In this document: in pieces, positions 9,321 to 19,479 of the stretch | Layout of the letters: each line of letters starts with the position of its first letter | Position numbering within the stretch: the stretch's first letter is position 1 | Assembly (NCBI GenBank): GCA_964367945.1 | Contig: CAYIZZ010000001.1 | Coordinates: 4,222-64,783 of the forward strand | Reading direction: 5' to 3' | Source: an uncultured Oscillospiraceae bacterium | GTDB taxonomy: Bacteria; Bacillota; Clostridia; Oscillospirales; Ruminococcaceae | DNA: 60,562 bases | Translations under genes and position numbers: made by a program | The notes under the pieces: generated by a model | Told to the model about the DNA's origin: nothing | What the model saw: only the letters and a program-made list of their open reading frames with translations | Databases searched by the model: none

Positions 9321-10502
9321 TTAGCTGATATTTGAATAGACTTTAATAATATCAGATTTTTCAAGAACACGAACAGTGCCAAGGGTGCGCTTGCCAAAAA
9401 ATGTGCTTTTTTCTGCCATATCTTCAATTTCCTCGGAGGTTGGACGGCGACTCAAAAGCTGGCTGTAGTTTATGGGTGAGCCAATGCTACTGAAAAATTC
9501 TTCCATAGCAGCTATACCTGCCATACCGTCAGAAAGTTCATTTCCGCTGTTTACAATACCCATAACACGATGAGCAAACCTTGCAAAACGATGAGGATTG
9601 GATTCGATGGCATATCGTGCCCAAGTGGCCCATACGGTAGAAAGACCGGCGCCATGTGCCACATCGAACATACCACTTAGCTCATGTTCCATTTGATGTG
9701 TAGACCAGTCACCGCCACCGCTACCACATCCGGTAAGGCTGTTGTGGGCAAGGCTGCCGGCCCACATCACACTTTCACGAGCAGGCATGTTTTGAGGGTC
9801 TTTAGATAAAATACGTGCGCTGTCCATCATGGATAAAAGTAAACCTTCGGCGATGCGGTCGGTGATATCCATATCTTCCATTGGGTGAAAATAACGTTCC
9901 ATGGTGTGCATCATGATATCCACAATACCGTTTACGGTTTCGCTGGTAGGTAAGCTCAAGGTCAGCTCGGGATTCATCAAAGTGAATTTGGCAAGGCACA
10001 GCTCTGAAGTGAAGCCACGCTTAAGGTTTCCGTTTTCGTTTGTGATAACAAGTCCGTTGCTCATCTCACTGCCGGCTGCAGGAAGGGTAAGAATACTGCC
10101 TACAGGTGTTGCGTTTTCAGGTACAGCAGTTCTTTCAAAGAAGTCCCAAACATTGCCATTGTAGCAAAGGCCAAGCGCAATGCATTTTGCCGAGTCTATC
10201 ACAGATCCGCCGCCGACTGCTAAAATAAAGTCCACGCCTTCTTTACGACAAAGCTCGATGCCTTCTTGAGCTTTGGAAAGCCTAGGATTTGGTACAGCTC
10301 CACCCAGTAGGGTATATCCAATGCCTTCAGCCTGGATATTATCGGTAACAGTTTTTAAAAAGCCTGATTTCACAAGGCGTTCAGAACCGTAATGTACTAA
10401 AACTTTTGTAGCACCGAAAGCTTTTAGCTGTTTTCCGGCTTGCAATTCGGCACCCTTTTCAAAAATCACTTTCGTAGGCGTGTAGTAAACAAACTCACTC
10501 AT
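9321..10502 (-). CDS. Iron-containing (group III) alcohol dehydrogenase, YqhD/butanol-dehydrogenase type, copy 1
   Basis: It has GGGSVIDSAK and the metal-binding His cluster (HTMERYFHP, HELSGMFDVAHGAG). SD GAGGAG precedes the ATG. Confidence 0.9.
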   Translation of the reverse strand: MSEFVYYTPTKVIFEKGAELQAGKQLKAFGATKVLVHYGSERLVKSGFLKTVTDNIQAEGIGYTLLGGAVPNPRLSKAQEGIELCRKEGVDFILAVGGGSVIDSAKCIALGLCYNGNVWDFFERTAVPENATPVGSILTLPAAGSEMSNGLVITNENGNLKRGFTSELCLAKFTLMNPELTLSLPTSETVNGIVDIMMHTMERYFHPMEDMDITDRIAEGLLLSMMDSARILSKDPQNMPARESVMWAGSLAHNSLTGCGSGGGDWSTHQMEHELSGMFDVAHGAGLSTVWATWARYAIESNPHRFARFAHRVMGIVNSGNELSDGMAGIAAMEEFFSSIGSPINYSQLLSRRPTSEEIEDMAEKSTFFGKRTLGTVRVLEKSDIIKVYSNIS

Positions 10503-10558
10503 GGCAAATTCTCCTCAATTTTTGAATTACATATTAATAATTTGTACATCTAGTTCAC

Positions 10559-10587
10559 ATTTTAGTAATAAAATGTCACAAAGTCAA
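10559..10587 (-). promoter_or_regulatory. Sigma-A promoter of adh copy 1
   Basis: The minus strand reads TTGACT (10587-10582), a 17-nt spacer, then TAAAAT (10564-10559). The same architecture is repeated upstream of the other two copies. Confidence 0.65.
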
Positions 10588-10640
10588 TACAATTATAGTG
10601 TTATTACTTTTAAATATAATGTTAAAAAGATAGTTTTCAG

Positions 10641-10685
10641 CAAACAAAATAATAGCACACCCACAATAAATGGTGAGTGTGCTAT
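10641..10685 (-). terminator. Terminator of adh copy 2
   Basis: The stem pairs atagcacacccac with gtgagtgtgctat. On the minus strand it is followed by ATTATTTTGTTTG. Confidence 0.65.
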
Positions 10686-10711
10686 GAAAGCATAATATGT
10701 AAATGGATATT

Positions 10712-11896
10712 TTATACGGGTATATTAGATAAAATTGTAGCGATATCGTTTTTTTCAAGTACACGAGCAGTGCCAAGGGTGCGCTTGCCAAAGAATGTGG
10801 CTTTTTCTGCCATTTCATTTACTTCTTCGGCGGATACACCGTGACCTAAAAGCTGGCTGTAGCTTATGGGAGAGCCTATGCTGTTGAAGAAATTTTCCAT
10901 AGCATCAATACCGGCCATGCCGTCAGAAAGCTCATCTCCGCTATCTGCGATGCCCATTACATGATGAGCAAATTTTGCAAAACGATGGGGGATAGAGTTA
11001 ATAGCATAGCGTGCCCAAGTAGCCCAAACAGTGGAAAGGCCGGCGCCATGGGATACATCAAACATACCGCTCAGTTCATGCTCAATGTTATGTGTGGCCC
11101 AGTCACCACCACCACTGCCACAGCCGGTAAGGTTGTTGTGGGCAAGGCTTCCGGCCCACATAACACTCTCGCGAGCAGCCATGTTTTGAGGATCTTTGTG
11201 TAAAATGCGTGCATTATCCATCATGGATAAAAGCAAACCTTCGGCGATACGGTCGGTGATATCCATATCTTTCAGTGGATGGAAATAACGCTCCATTGTA
11301 TGCATCATGATATCCACAATGCCGTTTATGGTTTCGTTAGCGGGCAGAGTAAGTGTTAAATCAGGATTCATTAGAGTGAATTTAGCAATACAAAACTCTG
11401 AGATGCAGCCGCGTTTAAGGTTTCCGTCTTCGTTTGTGATAACAAAGCTGTCGCTCATTTCGCTACCGGCCGCAGGTAAGGTGAGGATGCTAGCTACGGG
11501 AATTCCGCCTTCAGCCGTAGCAGTTTTTTCAAAGAAGTTCCAAACATCGCCATCATAGCAAAGGCCAAGTGCAATGCACTTTGATGAGTCTATTACAGAA
11601 CCGCCACCAACAGCTAAAATGAAGTCCACGCCTTCTTTGCGGCAAAGATCGATGCCTTCTTGAGCTTTTGAAAGTCTGGGGTTTGGAACTACGCCACCAA
11701 GCAAAACACAGTCAATGCCTTCAGCTTGGATAGTATCGGTAACAGTTTTTATAAATCCGGATTTCACTAAACGATCAGAACCGTAATGAACTAAAACTTT
11801 TGTAGCACCGAAAGCTTTTAGCTGTTTTCCGGCTTGTAGCTCGGCACCTTGTTCAAAAATAACTTTAGTCGGTGCATAGTAAACAAATTCACTCAT
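10712..11896 (-). CDS. Iron-containing alcohol dehydrogenase, YqhD/butanol-dehydrogenase type, copy 2
   Basis: It shows the same motifs as copy 1 and is collinear over its full length. I prefer the ATG at 11896, 8 nt after AAGGAG. The ORF track starts one codon earlier at a GTG. Confidence 0.9.
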   Translation of the reverse strand: MSEFVYYAPTKVIFEQGAELQAGKQLKAFGATKVLVHYGSDRLVKSGFIKTVTDTIQAEGIDCVLLGGVVPNPRLSKAQEGIDLCRKEGVDFILAVGGGSVIDSSKCIALGLCYDGDVWNFFEKTATAEGGIPVASILTLPAAGSEMSDSFVITNEDGNLKRGCISEFCIAKFTLMNPDLTLTLPANETINGIVDIMMHTMERYFHPLKDMDITDRIAEGLLLSMMDNARILHKDPQNMAARESVMWAGSLAHNNLTGCGSGGGDWATHNIEHELSGMFDVSHGAGLSTVWATWARYAINSIPHRFAKFAHHVMGIADSGDELSDGMAGIDAMENFFNSIGSPISYSQLLGHGVSAEEVNEMAEKATFFGKRTLGTARVLEKNDIATILSNIPV

Positions 11897-11953
11897 CACA
11901 TATTCTCCTTAAGTTTTTAATAATGTGGTTAATAATTTGTGCAACTAGTTCAT

Positions 11954-11982
11954 ATTTTAGTAATAAAATACAACAAAGTCAA
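11954..11982 (-). promoter_or_regulatory. Sigma-A promoter of adh copy 2
   Basis: The minus strand reads TTGACT (11982-11977), a 17-nt spacer, then TAAAAT (11959-11954). Confidence 0.65.
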
Positions 11983-12044
11983 TATAATTATAATATTATT
12001 ATTTTTAAATATAATACTGAAAAGATGATTTATTTACCAAATAG

Positions 12045-12081
12045 AAAAACAACACATCCACAATAAATCGTGAGTGTGTTG
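12045..12081 (-). terminator. Terminator of adh copy 3
   Basis: The stem pairs caacacatccac with gtgagtgtgttg. On the minus strand it is followed by T5. Confidence 0.7.
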
Positions 12082-12103
12082 TTTTAATGTAATATGTGAA
12101 GTA

Positions 12104-13285
12104 TTATTCTATGTTGGATAAAATTGTGGCAATGTCATTCTTTTCAAGCACACGTGCCGAACCAATTGTACGTGTGCCGAAATTTGTACATTTTTCAGCC
12201 ATCTCGTCAATTTCGTCAGATGTGACCTCACGACCTAAAAGCTCGGTATAGCTTGTAGGTGATCCGATGCTATTGAAGAAATCTTCCATTTCATCGATAC
12301 CGGCAAGTCCATCAGCTATCTGATCGCCGCTATCGACCACACCCATCACACGATGTGCAAACTTTGCAAACCTGTCTGGAATGCAGGGCAGGGCATACCG
12401 TGCCCAAGATGCCCAAACAGTGGAAAGACCAGCGCCATGTGCCACATCAAACATACCGCTAAGCTCGTGCTCGATATTGTGTGTAGACCAATCACCGCCA
12501 CCACTGCCACATCCGGTGAGCCCGTTGTGTGCAAGGCTTCCGGCCCACATAATGCTTTCACGTGCAGCTATATTTTTTGGATCGTTTTGCAATATGCGTG
12601 CGGTTTCCATGACAGAAATCAAAAGACCTTCTGCAATGCGGTCGGTGATATCTATCTCTTCCATTGGATGGAAATATCTTTCCATGGTGTGCATTAAAAT
12701 ATCCACGGCACCGTTTACGGTTTCGCTGGTGGGTAAAGTTAATGTTAGCTCGGCGTTTAGTAATGCAAACTTTGCTGCACAAAAATCTGCGCCGAGATCT
12801 CGCTTTAGGCCACCTTCTTCTTTTGTGATAACCATACCGGAGCTCATTTCACTGCCGGCAGCAGGTATGGTAAGGATACATCCCATAGGCATAGCGTCTT
12901 TAGGCTCACCTTTTCTTTCGAAAAAGTCCCAAACATCACCGTTGTAGCACAGGCCTACTGCAATAGCCTTTGCAGAGTCGATGACCGACCCACCACCCAC
13001 AGCCAAGATGAAATCCACACCTTCTTTGCGGGAAATGTCGATACCTTCATATACTTTAGAAAGTCTCGGATTTGGAACCACGCCGCCTAATAATGTAAAA
13101 CCGATGCCCTCAGCCGCAATTGCATCAGTAACGATTTTCATTAAGCCGGATTTTATAACCCTATCAGAACCGTAATGAACTAAAACCTTTGTAGCACCAA
13201 AAGATTTTAGCTGCCTTCCTACCTCAAACTCCGCATTGGTATTGAAAATCACTCTTGTGGGAGTGTAGTACACAAATTCACTCAT
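12104..13285 (-). CDS. Iron-containing alcohol dehydrogenase, YqhD/butanol-dehydrogenase type, copy 3
   Basis: It shows the same motifs (GGGSVIDSAK, HTMERYFHP, HELSGMFDVAHGAG). SD GGAGG precedes the ATG. Confidence 0.9.
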   Translation of the reverse strand: MSEFVYYTPTRVIFNTNAEFEVGRQLKSFGATKVLVHYGSDRVIKSGLMKIVTDAIAAEGIGFTLLGGVVPNPRLSKVYEGIDISRKEGVDFILAVGGGSVIDSAKAIAVGLCYNGDVWDFFERKGEPKDAMPMGCILTIPAAGSEMSSGMVITKEEGGLKRDLGADFCAAKFALLNAELTLTLPTSETVNGAVDILMHTMERYFHPMEEIDITDRIAEGLLISVMETARILQNDPKNIAARESIMWAGSLAHNGLTGCGSGGGDWSTHNIEHELSGMFDVAHGAGLSTVWASWARYALPCIPDRFAKFAHRVMGVVDSGDQIADGLAGIDEMEDFFNSIGSPTSYTELLGREVTSDEIDEMAEKCTNFGTRTIGSARVLEKNDIATILSNIE

Positions 13286-13335
13286 GATATCCTCCAGTTC
13301 AAATCATGCATTAAGAATACTTTACGATTGACTTC

Positions 13336-13364
13336 ATTTTAAAAGGGAATTATTGTAAAGTCAA
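13336..13364 (-). promoter_or_regulatory. Sigma-A promoter of adh copy 3
   Basis: The minus strand reads TTGACT (13364-13359), a 17-nt spacer, then TAAAAT (13341-13336). Confidence 0.6.
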
Positions 13365-13595
13365 TATGACATATTAACGAAGAAAATATGCAAAAAATGG
13401 ATTGGATGTGATATTTCACGATAAAGATAGTGAATATAATCTCTAAATAGTCATAATCAACATAAGATATATTTCAAAATAACGTTAAAACGATGAATAG
13501 CAACTTGCACAAAGTAATTTGGTGAAAAATTATTTGTTAAATAAAAAGTATAAACAAGTATAATTCACGTAATATTAAGAATTGAAATTAAAACG

Positions 13596-14492
13596 CTAAC
13601 TGTTTTTTGGTGGAGTACAGTTATAACGTTCACAAAGTAGATTTTGTACAAAAGGTGTATAATAATTACTCATTCCTTCATCTTTGTGAAGCTTTCGATA
13701 TTCACGTGGAGTGATTTCAACAAGCTTTAAAAAATCACGGTCAAAGCTGCGTGCATTTTTATAGCCACACCGCGAATAAATTTCGCTTATAGGTAAATTT
13801 GTTTGAATTAACATCCTACGTGAAGCATTGATGCGCATTAATGATATATATGTGTTGTAGCTTACACCCAGCTGTTTGTTGAAAAGGCGTGAAAGGTGAA
13901 ATTTTGATATGCCTAAAGTGTTGGCTACTTGTTCAATATTTTGATTGATATAGTGCATATTTCCGATGTGTATAAGGGCACGTTCTAAAGAACTTATATG
14001 CTTTTGAATGTTGGGCTGTGGCGGGGATTTCTCTAACTCTGTGGCAATATAAGACAAGACAAGGCTGATGTAGCCCACCAGTGCTACGCGGTTTTGTGAC
14101 GCAGTGGAATTTGCATATAGTGATTTCACAATATCATTAAGTGGCTGTGTGCTTTCAGAGTTTTGTAGTGAAAAGATGGAATAACCGCTATTTTCCACCG
14201 CTGCATGAAATTGCGGCACTTCATTTGGCATACAACCTATTACAAATGAAACGCTGTCAAAGCTAGACGTGTAGGCATGTATTACATCACTGCTAATAAA
14301 TAAGAGACTACCCTCTGTAACAACATAATTCTGCTGATGTGTGAAAACATGTACTACACCTTTTTGAACAAATATCAGCTCGTAACTTGGATGAGCATGT
14401 TCAAGGTAAGTGATATTTTTTATCATAGCATAGTTGATATTTGAATTGAAACACTCTGTCACGGGATGGTTTTGAGACTCTGGTACTTTCAT
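13596..14492 (-). CDS. AraC-family transcriptional regulator (cupin sensor domain plus a C-terminal double HTH)
   Basis: The C-terminus reads IEQVANTLGISKFHLSRLFNKQLGVSYNTYISLMRINASRRML..SEIYSRCGYKNARSFDRDFLKLVEITPREYRK, a typical AraC HTH pair. Confidence 0.9.
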   Translation of the reverse strand: MKVPESQNHPVTECFNSNINYAMIKNITYLEHAHPSYELIFVQKGVVHVFTHQQNYVVTEGSLLFISSDVIHAYTSSFDSVSFVIGCMPNEVPQFHAAVENSGYSIFSLQNSESTQPLNDIVKSLYANSTASQNRVALVGYISLVLSYIATELEKSPPQPNIQKHISSLERALIHIGNMHYINQNIEQVANTLGISKFHLSRLFNKQLGVSYNTYISLMRINASRRMLIQTNLPISEIYSRCGYKNARSFDRDFLKLVEITPREYRKLHKDEGMSNYYTPFVQNLLCERYNCTPPKNS

Positions 14493-14993
14493 GGATACAG
14501 CTCTCCCATTATGGTTTGATATATTTTTTTGGAAAATAGTTATGATAAATTGTGTAAAATAAGAAAGTTTGGTGAAATAGACAATAGCACTTTTTTTATT
14601 GTAACATATATTTTAGCACAGTAAAGCCTTAAATGGCAATATTTGTCCAATTTGAAAATTAAAAGTGTGCGCACTGCAAACACAAAATATGTGTATTAGT
14701 TATAAAATCGAGAAAAATCGAGAAAACCATGGAATTAATGATGTTTTGTAAGCACAAGTTTTGTCCTAGAGATGATTTATCTGTGGATTAGGTGAAAAAA
14801 ACTGCAAAACTGAATAAATAAAGATGATTTATGTATATTATCTGACATGTTGCACAAAAAATGTATAAAAGTAAACTTGACTAGCAATTAACAATTTATT
14901 AACATATCAAACATATCATATCCGCTTATAGCTGATAGTTATTAGTGGATTTGATAGTTACAAGGAGTTCGATAAATATTGAAAGAGGAGTGT

Positions 14994-16604
14994 ATGATGA
15001 TGAAAAAAGCACTAACTTGGTTGCTTGTTTTAGTACTAATGTTGTCTTTCGCAGCATGTGGTGATACTGAAACTGCAACAAGCGATCCTGCTGTTTCCGG
15101 CGCTGCCGAAGGCGATGCAACAGCAGAAGGCGTAGAGTACAAAGATACCTTGGTGGTAGGCACCTATGGTGACCAGGACAACCTAGACCCCCAAGTAAAC
15201 GTCAGCAATGACAAAATCTTGCGTCTTATGTATGATGGTCTTTTGACCTTCAATCAAGACGGCGAAGTTGAAGCCGCTTTGGCCGAAACATGGGAGCATA
15301 GCGAAGATTACCTTACATGGACTTTCAACCTTCGTCAAGATGTGAAATTTGCTAACGGCAAAGACTTCACAAGTGCAGACGTTGTAGCAACATTTGAGCG
15401 TCTTATGAACGAAGACCTGCGTTATAGCAGCAAGGTTGACTTCCTTTCCGGCGTTACCGCTATTGATGACTACACTGTAGAATTCACATGCGAATATCCT
15501 TATGCTATCACAGAGATGGTATTTGCAAGCCAGTACTCCTTCATTTTGGATGCTGACTACATTGCAGAGTTTGGCGCAGACATCGGCTTTGATGTAAGCA
15601 CTGTAAATGGTACCGGACCTTACACCATCACCACATGGGATCCCGAAGAGCAAATGATCTTTGCTGCTAACGAGCACTGGTGGGGTGGCGAAGTTGGCAC
15701 AGCCAACATCATTTACAAAGTTATCCCAGAAGCTGCTAGCCGTGCAATGGCTATCGAAACTGCTGAAGTGGATATCCTAGACCGTCCAAGCGTAGACGAC
15801 TTTGTTCGTTTGAGCGAGACAGAAGGTCTTGTAACTGTTTCTCAATTGGGCTATGGCCTACAAGGCTTCCAGTTCAATGTTTCTGAAGACTCCATGTGTG
15901 CAGACACACTGGTACGTCAAGCTATCAGCCACGCACTTGACCGTGAAACCGCTGTTCAAGCTCTTTATGGTGATATCGGCGAAGTTCCCACAACTGCACC
16001 TGTTACTCCTCTTGTAGAAGCTTACAAAGATTTCGGTGTGGTAGAGTATAATGTGGATCTTGCAAAAGAACTGCTTGCTGAAGCTGGCTATGCAGATGGT
16101 TTTGATCTTGACCTGATGACCTATGCCGGTTACAACAAAGGTGTAGAGCTTGCTGAAATCGTAAAAAGCCAATTGGCTGAAGTTGGCATCAATGTTACCA
16201 TCGAAACTGTTGATGCTGCTACCTTCAACGCTACCTTGAATGGCATCACTCCTGAAGAAATGAAATGGGATATGTTCATCATGGGTTACGGCGGACAATT
16301 GGATGCTGACAGCTGCTTGCGTCGTGTGTTCATGACTAGTGAAGACGGCCTGAACACTAACAACTATGGCTGGTACTCCAACGAGCGTGTAGACGAACTG
16401 CTTGTTGCAGCTGTATCCGAAATGGACGAAGAAGCTCGCGCTGAAATGTACCAAGAAATCATGGAAATCGTTTACATGGAAGATCCCGTAGCAGTATACT
16501 TCAATCTGCGTAGTAGCTTGTATGTAATGAGCGATAAAGTTGAAAACTTCAACATCAATGCTTTGCAAGTTGTTGAGTTTGAAGACATTAAAGTTCAAGC
16601 CTAA
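14994..16604 (+). CDS. ABC transporter substrate-binding lipoprotein, family 5 (peptide/opine/nickel type)
   Basis: It has a lipoprotein signal with a lipobox (LMLSFAAC). Its length and motifs fit DppA/OppA-like binding proteins. Three consecutive ATGs (14994, 14997, 15000) follow AGAGGAG, so the exact start is ambiguous. Confidence 0.85.
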   Translation: MMMKKALTWLLVLVLMLSFAACGDTETATSDPAVSGAAEGDATAEGVEYKDTLVVGTYGDQDNLDPQVNVSNDKILRLMYDGLLTFNQDGEVEAALAETWEHSEDYLTWTFNLRQDVKFANGKDFTSADVVATFERLMNEDLRYSSKVDFLSGVTAIDDYTVEFTCEYPYAITEMVFASQYSFILDADYIAEFGADIGFDVSTVNGTGPYTITTWDPEEQMIFAANEHWWGGEVGTANIIYKVIPEAASRAMAIETAEVDILDRPSVDDFVRLSETEGLVTVSQLGYGLQGFQFNVSEDSMCADTLVRQAISHALDRETAVQALYGDIGEVPTTAPVTPLVEAYKDFGVVEYNVDLAKELLAEAGYADGFDLDLMTYAGYNKGVELAEIVKSQLAEVGINVTIETVDAATFNATLNGITPEEMKWDMFIMGYGGQLDADSCLRRVFMTSEDGLNTNNYGWYSNERVDELLVAAVSEMDEEARAEMYQEIMEIVYMEDPVAVYFNLRSSLYVMSDKVENFNINALQVVEFEDIKVQA

Positions 16605-16655
16605 TCTTCTTGTCATTTAAAAGATAGATTAAGAACAAACTAGAATAAAATGTAT

Positions 16656-16683
16656 GGGCCAGACCACACACAGGTACTGGCCC
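16656..16683 (+). other. Stem-loop directly after the binding-protein gene, possibly an intra-operon attenuator or mRNA stabiliser
   Basis: The stem pairs gggccag with ctggccc around a 14-nt loop. No clean T-run follows, so it is not a strong terminator. Confidence 0.4.
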
Positions 16684-16705
16684 ATATATAAATTTGAGGG
16701 GTATT

Positions 16706-17626
16706 ATGCTTAAATATGTTGTCAAGAGAATTCTGCAAATGATCCCCATGTTATTCATCCTCACTATAGTGGTGTTTTTTATGGTACGTCTTATACCGGG
16801 TGATCCTGTTACAATGATGTTGGGACACGGCGCCGGTAAAGAAGCTATTGCAGCAGAAACAGCTCGTTTGGGCTTGGATAAACCACTATGGGAGCAATAT
16901 TTTATTTGGATGGGAAATTTGCTACAGGGCGATTTTGGAACTTCCATTTTCACCCACAAAAGTGTTTTGTATGAAATAGGTAGACGCTACCCCACTACAC
17001 TGAAATTGGCGGTGGGTGCCACAATTCTTTCTACTGTAGTAGGTGTGGGATTTGGCATGATTGCAGCGGTAAAACGTGGCAAATTATCTGATAATATTTT
17101 AATGGTTACTTCTCTTGTTTCTGTATCTACACCGTCGTTCTTTTTGGCTATGGTATTGATGCTTATATTCTGCTTGCAGTTGCGATGGTTCCCGGTAAGT
17201 GGGTTTGACACATGGAAACACATGGTTCTTCCCATCATCACACTGGGCACGCAGGAAGTAGGATATGTAACTCGAATAACGCGTTCGTCTATGCTGGATG
17301 TACTGGGTGAGGATTATATCCGAACTTCCCGTGCAAGGGGTGTGGCCGAGTGGGTTGTTATATGTTCACATTCACTAAAGAATGCTATCATACCAGTACT
17401 TACTGCTGTGGGTTTGCGTTTTGGTGCTCTTTTGGCAGGCGCTACTCTAGCCGAGACAGTGTTTTCCATCGCAGGACTTGGCCGTTTAACGGTAGATGCA
17501 GTATCTCAACGTGATTATCCGCTTATCCAAGGCTGTATTTTGATTCTAGCAGTTACATTTGTTGTGGTAAACACCATTGTGGATATCTTGTACACTGTAG
17601 CTGATCCACGAATTAAATTTAAATAG
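16706..17626 (+). CDS. ABC transporter permease (DppB/OppB type)
   Basis: It starts MLKYVVKRILQMIP, typical of DppB-like permeases, and has multiple TM segments. The ATG at 16706 follows GAGGGG. Confidence 0.9.
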   Translation: MLKYVVKRILQMIPMLFILTIVVFFMVRLIPGDPVTMMLGHGAGKEAIAAETARLGLDKPLWEQYFIWMGNLLQGDFGTSIFTHKSVLYEIGRRYPTTLKLAVGATILSTVVGVGFGMIAAVKRGKLSDNILMVTSLVSVSTPSFFLAMVLMLIFCLQLRWFPVSGFDTWKHMVLPIITLGTQEVGYVTRITRSSMLDVLGEDYIRTSRARGVAEWVVICSHSLKNAIIPVLTAVGLRFGALLAGATLAETVFSIAGLGRLTVDAVSQRDYPLIQGCILILAVTFVVVNTIVDILYTVADPRIKFK

Positions 17627-17638
17627 GAGGAAGCACCG

Positions 17639-18475
17639 ATGAAAAATAATGTATTACGGCGCTTTCTCAAGCGCAAAATTTCTGTAGTGGCTGCGTGTGT
17701 GCTTTTGTTTATCATTGCAATATGTGTTTTTGGACCGATGATAATAGACACCGATCCACTGGAACAAGACCTACTAAACGACTTTCAGTCGCCCAGTGCA
17801 GAACATTTGTTTGGTACCGACAACTTAGGTCGTGATATTTTTATCAGAATGCTGTATGGTGGTAGAAACTCGTTACTTATCAGTTTCCAAGGTGTTATTG
17901 TAGGTACATTTATAGGTGTTATGCTGGGTGTATGTGCAGGATATTTTGGTGGACTGGTAGATACACTTATTTCTCGGTTTATTGATATTTTGTTGGCATT
18001 TCCCGGTCTTTTACTTGCCATTGCAGTTGTGGCGGTTTTGGGTAGCGGCATGCAAAATACTGTAATAGCTATTTCGATATTTTCTGTGCCTTCGGTGGCG
18101 CGTATGGTGCGTGGTGAGGTACTTACCTTACGGGGTAATGAGTATATCGCAGCATGTAAGGTAATGGGCGCCAGTAATGCACGCATTATCTTTACTCATA
18201 TTGTACCGAATGCTGTTTCACAGATTATTGTAAATGTTACATTGCAACTGGGTACTGCGATTTTGATTGCATCTGCTCTGTCGTTTTTAGGACTGGGCGT
18301 ACAGCCGCCAAACCCAGAATGGGGCTCTATGCTAAGCCAAGCGCGTGAGGTGTTGCGTAGTTATCCTTTACAAGCAATTATTCCCGGCCTTGCCATAACC
18401 ATGGTGGTTATGAGCTTCAGCCTTGTGGGCGACGGTTTGCGCGATGCGCTTGACCCACGCCTTAAAAATGTGTAA
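17639..18475 (+). CDS. ABC transporter permease (DppC/OppC type)
   Basis: It has an N-terminal TM segment, then the conserved HLFGTDNLGRD motif and a binding-protein-dependent transport signature region. Confidence 0.9.
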   Translation: MKNNVLRRFLKRKISVVAACVLLFIIAICVFGPMIIDTDPLEQDLLNDFQSPSAEHLFGTDNLGRDIFIRMLYGGRNSLLISFQGVIVGTFIGVMLGVCAGYFGGLVDTLISRFIDILLAFPGLLLAIAVVAVLGSGMQNTVIAISIFSVPSVARMVRGEVLTLRGNEYIAACKVMGASNARIIFTHIVPNAVSQIIVNVTLQLGTAILIASALSFLGLGVQPPNPEWGSMLSQAREVLRSYPLQAIIPGLAITMVVMSFSLVGDGLRDALDPRLKNV

Positions 18476-18489
18476 GGGGGGCAGGGAAG

Positions 18490-19479
18490 ATGAGTGAAGT
18501 ATTACTGAGCGTTAAAAATTTAAAAACATATTTTTACACCGAAGAAGGGGTAATGCCTTCTGTAGATGGTGTAGATTTTGACCTACATGCAGGCGAAACA
18601 CTGGCTATTGTGGGCGAGTCCGGATGTGGTAAAAGTGTTACCAGCCTTTCCATCATGGGTCTTGTGCAGTGTCCTCCGGGTAAAATTGTTGACGGTGAGA
18701 TATTGTATCAAGGCGAAGATTTGCTGAAGAAAAACAAAAAAGAAATGCGTGCCATTCGTGGCAACGATATTTCAATGATTTTCCAAGAGCCTATGACCAG
18801 CTTGAACCCTGTGTTTACTGTGGGTAAGCAGATAATGGAGTCTTTCATTATTCATCAAAAGCTTAATAAAAAAGAAGCTAAAGAACGCAGCATAGATATG
18901 ATTCGGATGGTGGGGATCCCTTCACCTGAAAAAGTGGTGGATCAATATCCACATGAGCTTTCGGGTGGTATGCGTCAGCGTATCATGATAGCAATGGCGC
19001 TGGCATGTAGTCCTAAAATTCTGATAGCGGATGAGCCAACCACTGCTCTTGATGTTACTATTCAAGCGCAGATAATGAATCTTTTGCAGGAACTAAAGCA
19101 GAAAATAGGTGCCATAATCATCATTACTCATGATCTTGGTGTGGTGGCGCAGATTGCAAAGAATGCTATGGTTATGTATGCAGGGCAGGTGGTAGAATAC
19201 ACCTCGGTACAAAATATATATAAAAAGCCTTTACATCCGTATACTGTGGGTCTTTTGAAAAGTGTACCTAAGCTGAATGAAGATGTAGATAAGCTGTACA
19301 ACATCCAAGGAATGGTTCCAAGCCCTAACATGTATCCTAAAGGCTGCAGATTCTGCCCAAGGTGTGATGATGCAAAAGCTATATGCGAAAACAACCCGCC
19401 ACCACTGGTAGAAGTAAACGATGCTCACAAGGTGCGTTGCTGGAAATACGATGCAGAGGAGGGGAAGAATTTTGGATAA
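18490..19479 (+). CDS. ABC transporter ATP-binding protein (DppD/OppD type)
   Basis: It has Walker A GESGCGKS, signature LSGGMRQR and Walker [13 protein letters not shown], plus the C-terminal oligopeptide-type extension. Confidence 0.95.
   Translation: MSEVLLSVKNLKTYFYTEEGVMPSVDGVDFDLHAGETLAIVGESGCGKSVTSLSIMGLVQCPPGKIVDGEILYQGEDLLKKNKKEMRAIRGNDISMIFQEPMTSLNPVFTVGKQIMESFIIHQKLNKKEAKERSIDMIRMVGIPSPEKVVDQYPHELSGGMRQRIMIAMALACSPKILIADEPTTALDVTIQAQIMNLLQELKQKIGAIIIITHDLGVVAQIAKNAMVMYAGQVVEYTSVQNIYKKPLHPYTVGLLKSVPKLNEDVDKLYNIQGMVPSPNMYPKGCRFCPRCDDAKAICENNPPPLVEVNDAHKVRCWKYDAEEGKNFG

Noticed and set aside
10501-12066. Two similar 64-aa plus-strand ORFs in the spacers between the adh copies (10501-10695 and 11872-12066)
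   Set aside because: Their similarity follows from duplication of the promoter/terminator cassette DNA. They run antisense through the adh promoters, lack SD sites and have low-complexity, Ile/Asn/Tyr-rich composition.
12381-12947. 188-aa plus-strand ORF, and similar long antisense ORFs inside the three adh genes
   Set aside because: These are shadow ORFs on the strand opposite a strongly supported gene. They have no SD, and equivalent frames appear in all paralogs simply because the sense sequence is conserved.
14739-14798. 19-aa ORF (MELMMFCKHKFCPRDDLSVD) in the long AraC/ABC intergenic region, considered as a possible leader peptide
   Set aside because: It has no SD, lies far (about 200 nt) from the ABC operon start, and shows no terminator/antiterminator alternative structure.
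15858-16616. 252-aa minus-strand ORF antisense to the ABC binding-protein gene
   Set aside because: It overlaps a well-supported lipoprotein gene completely. It has no SD and no recognisable motif.
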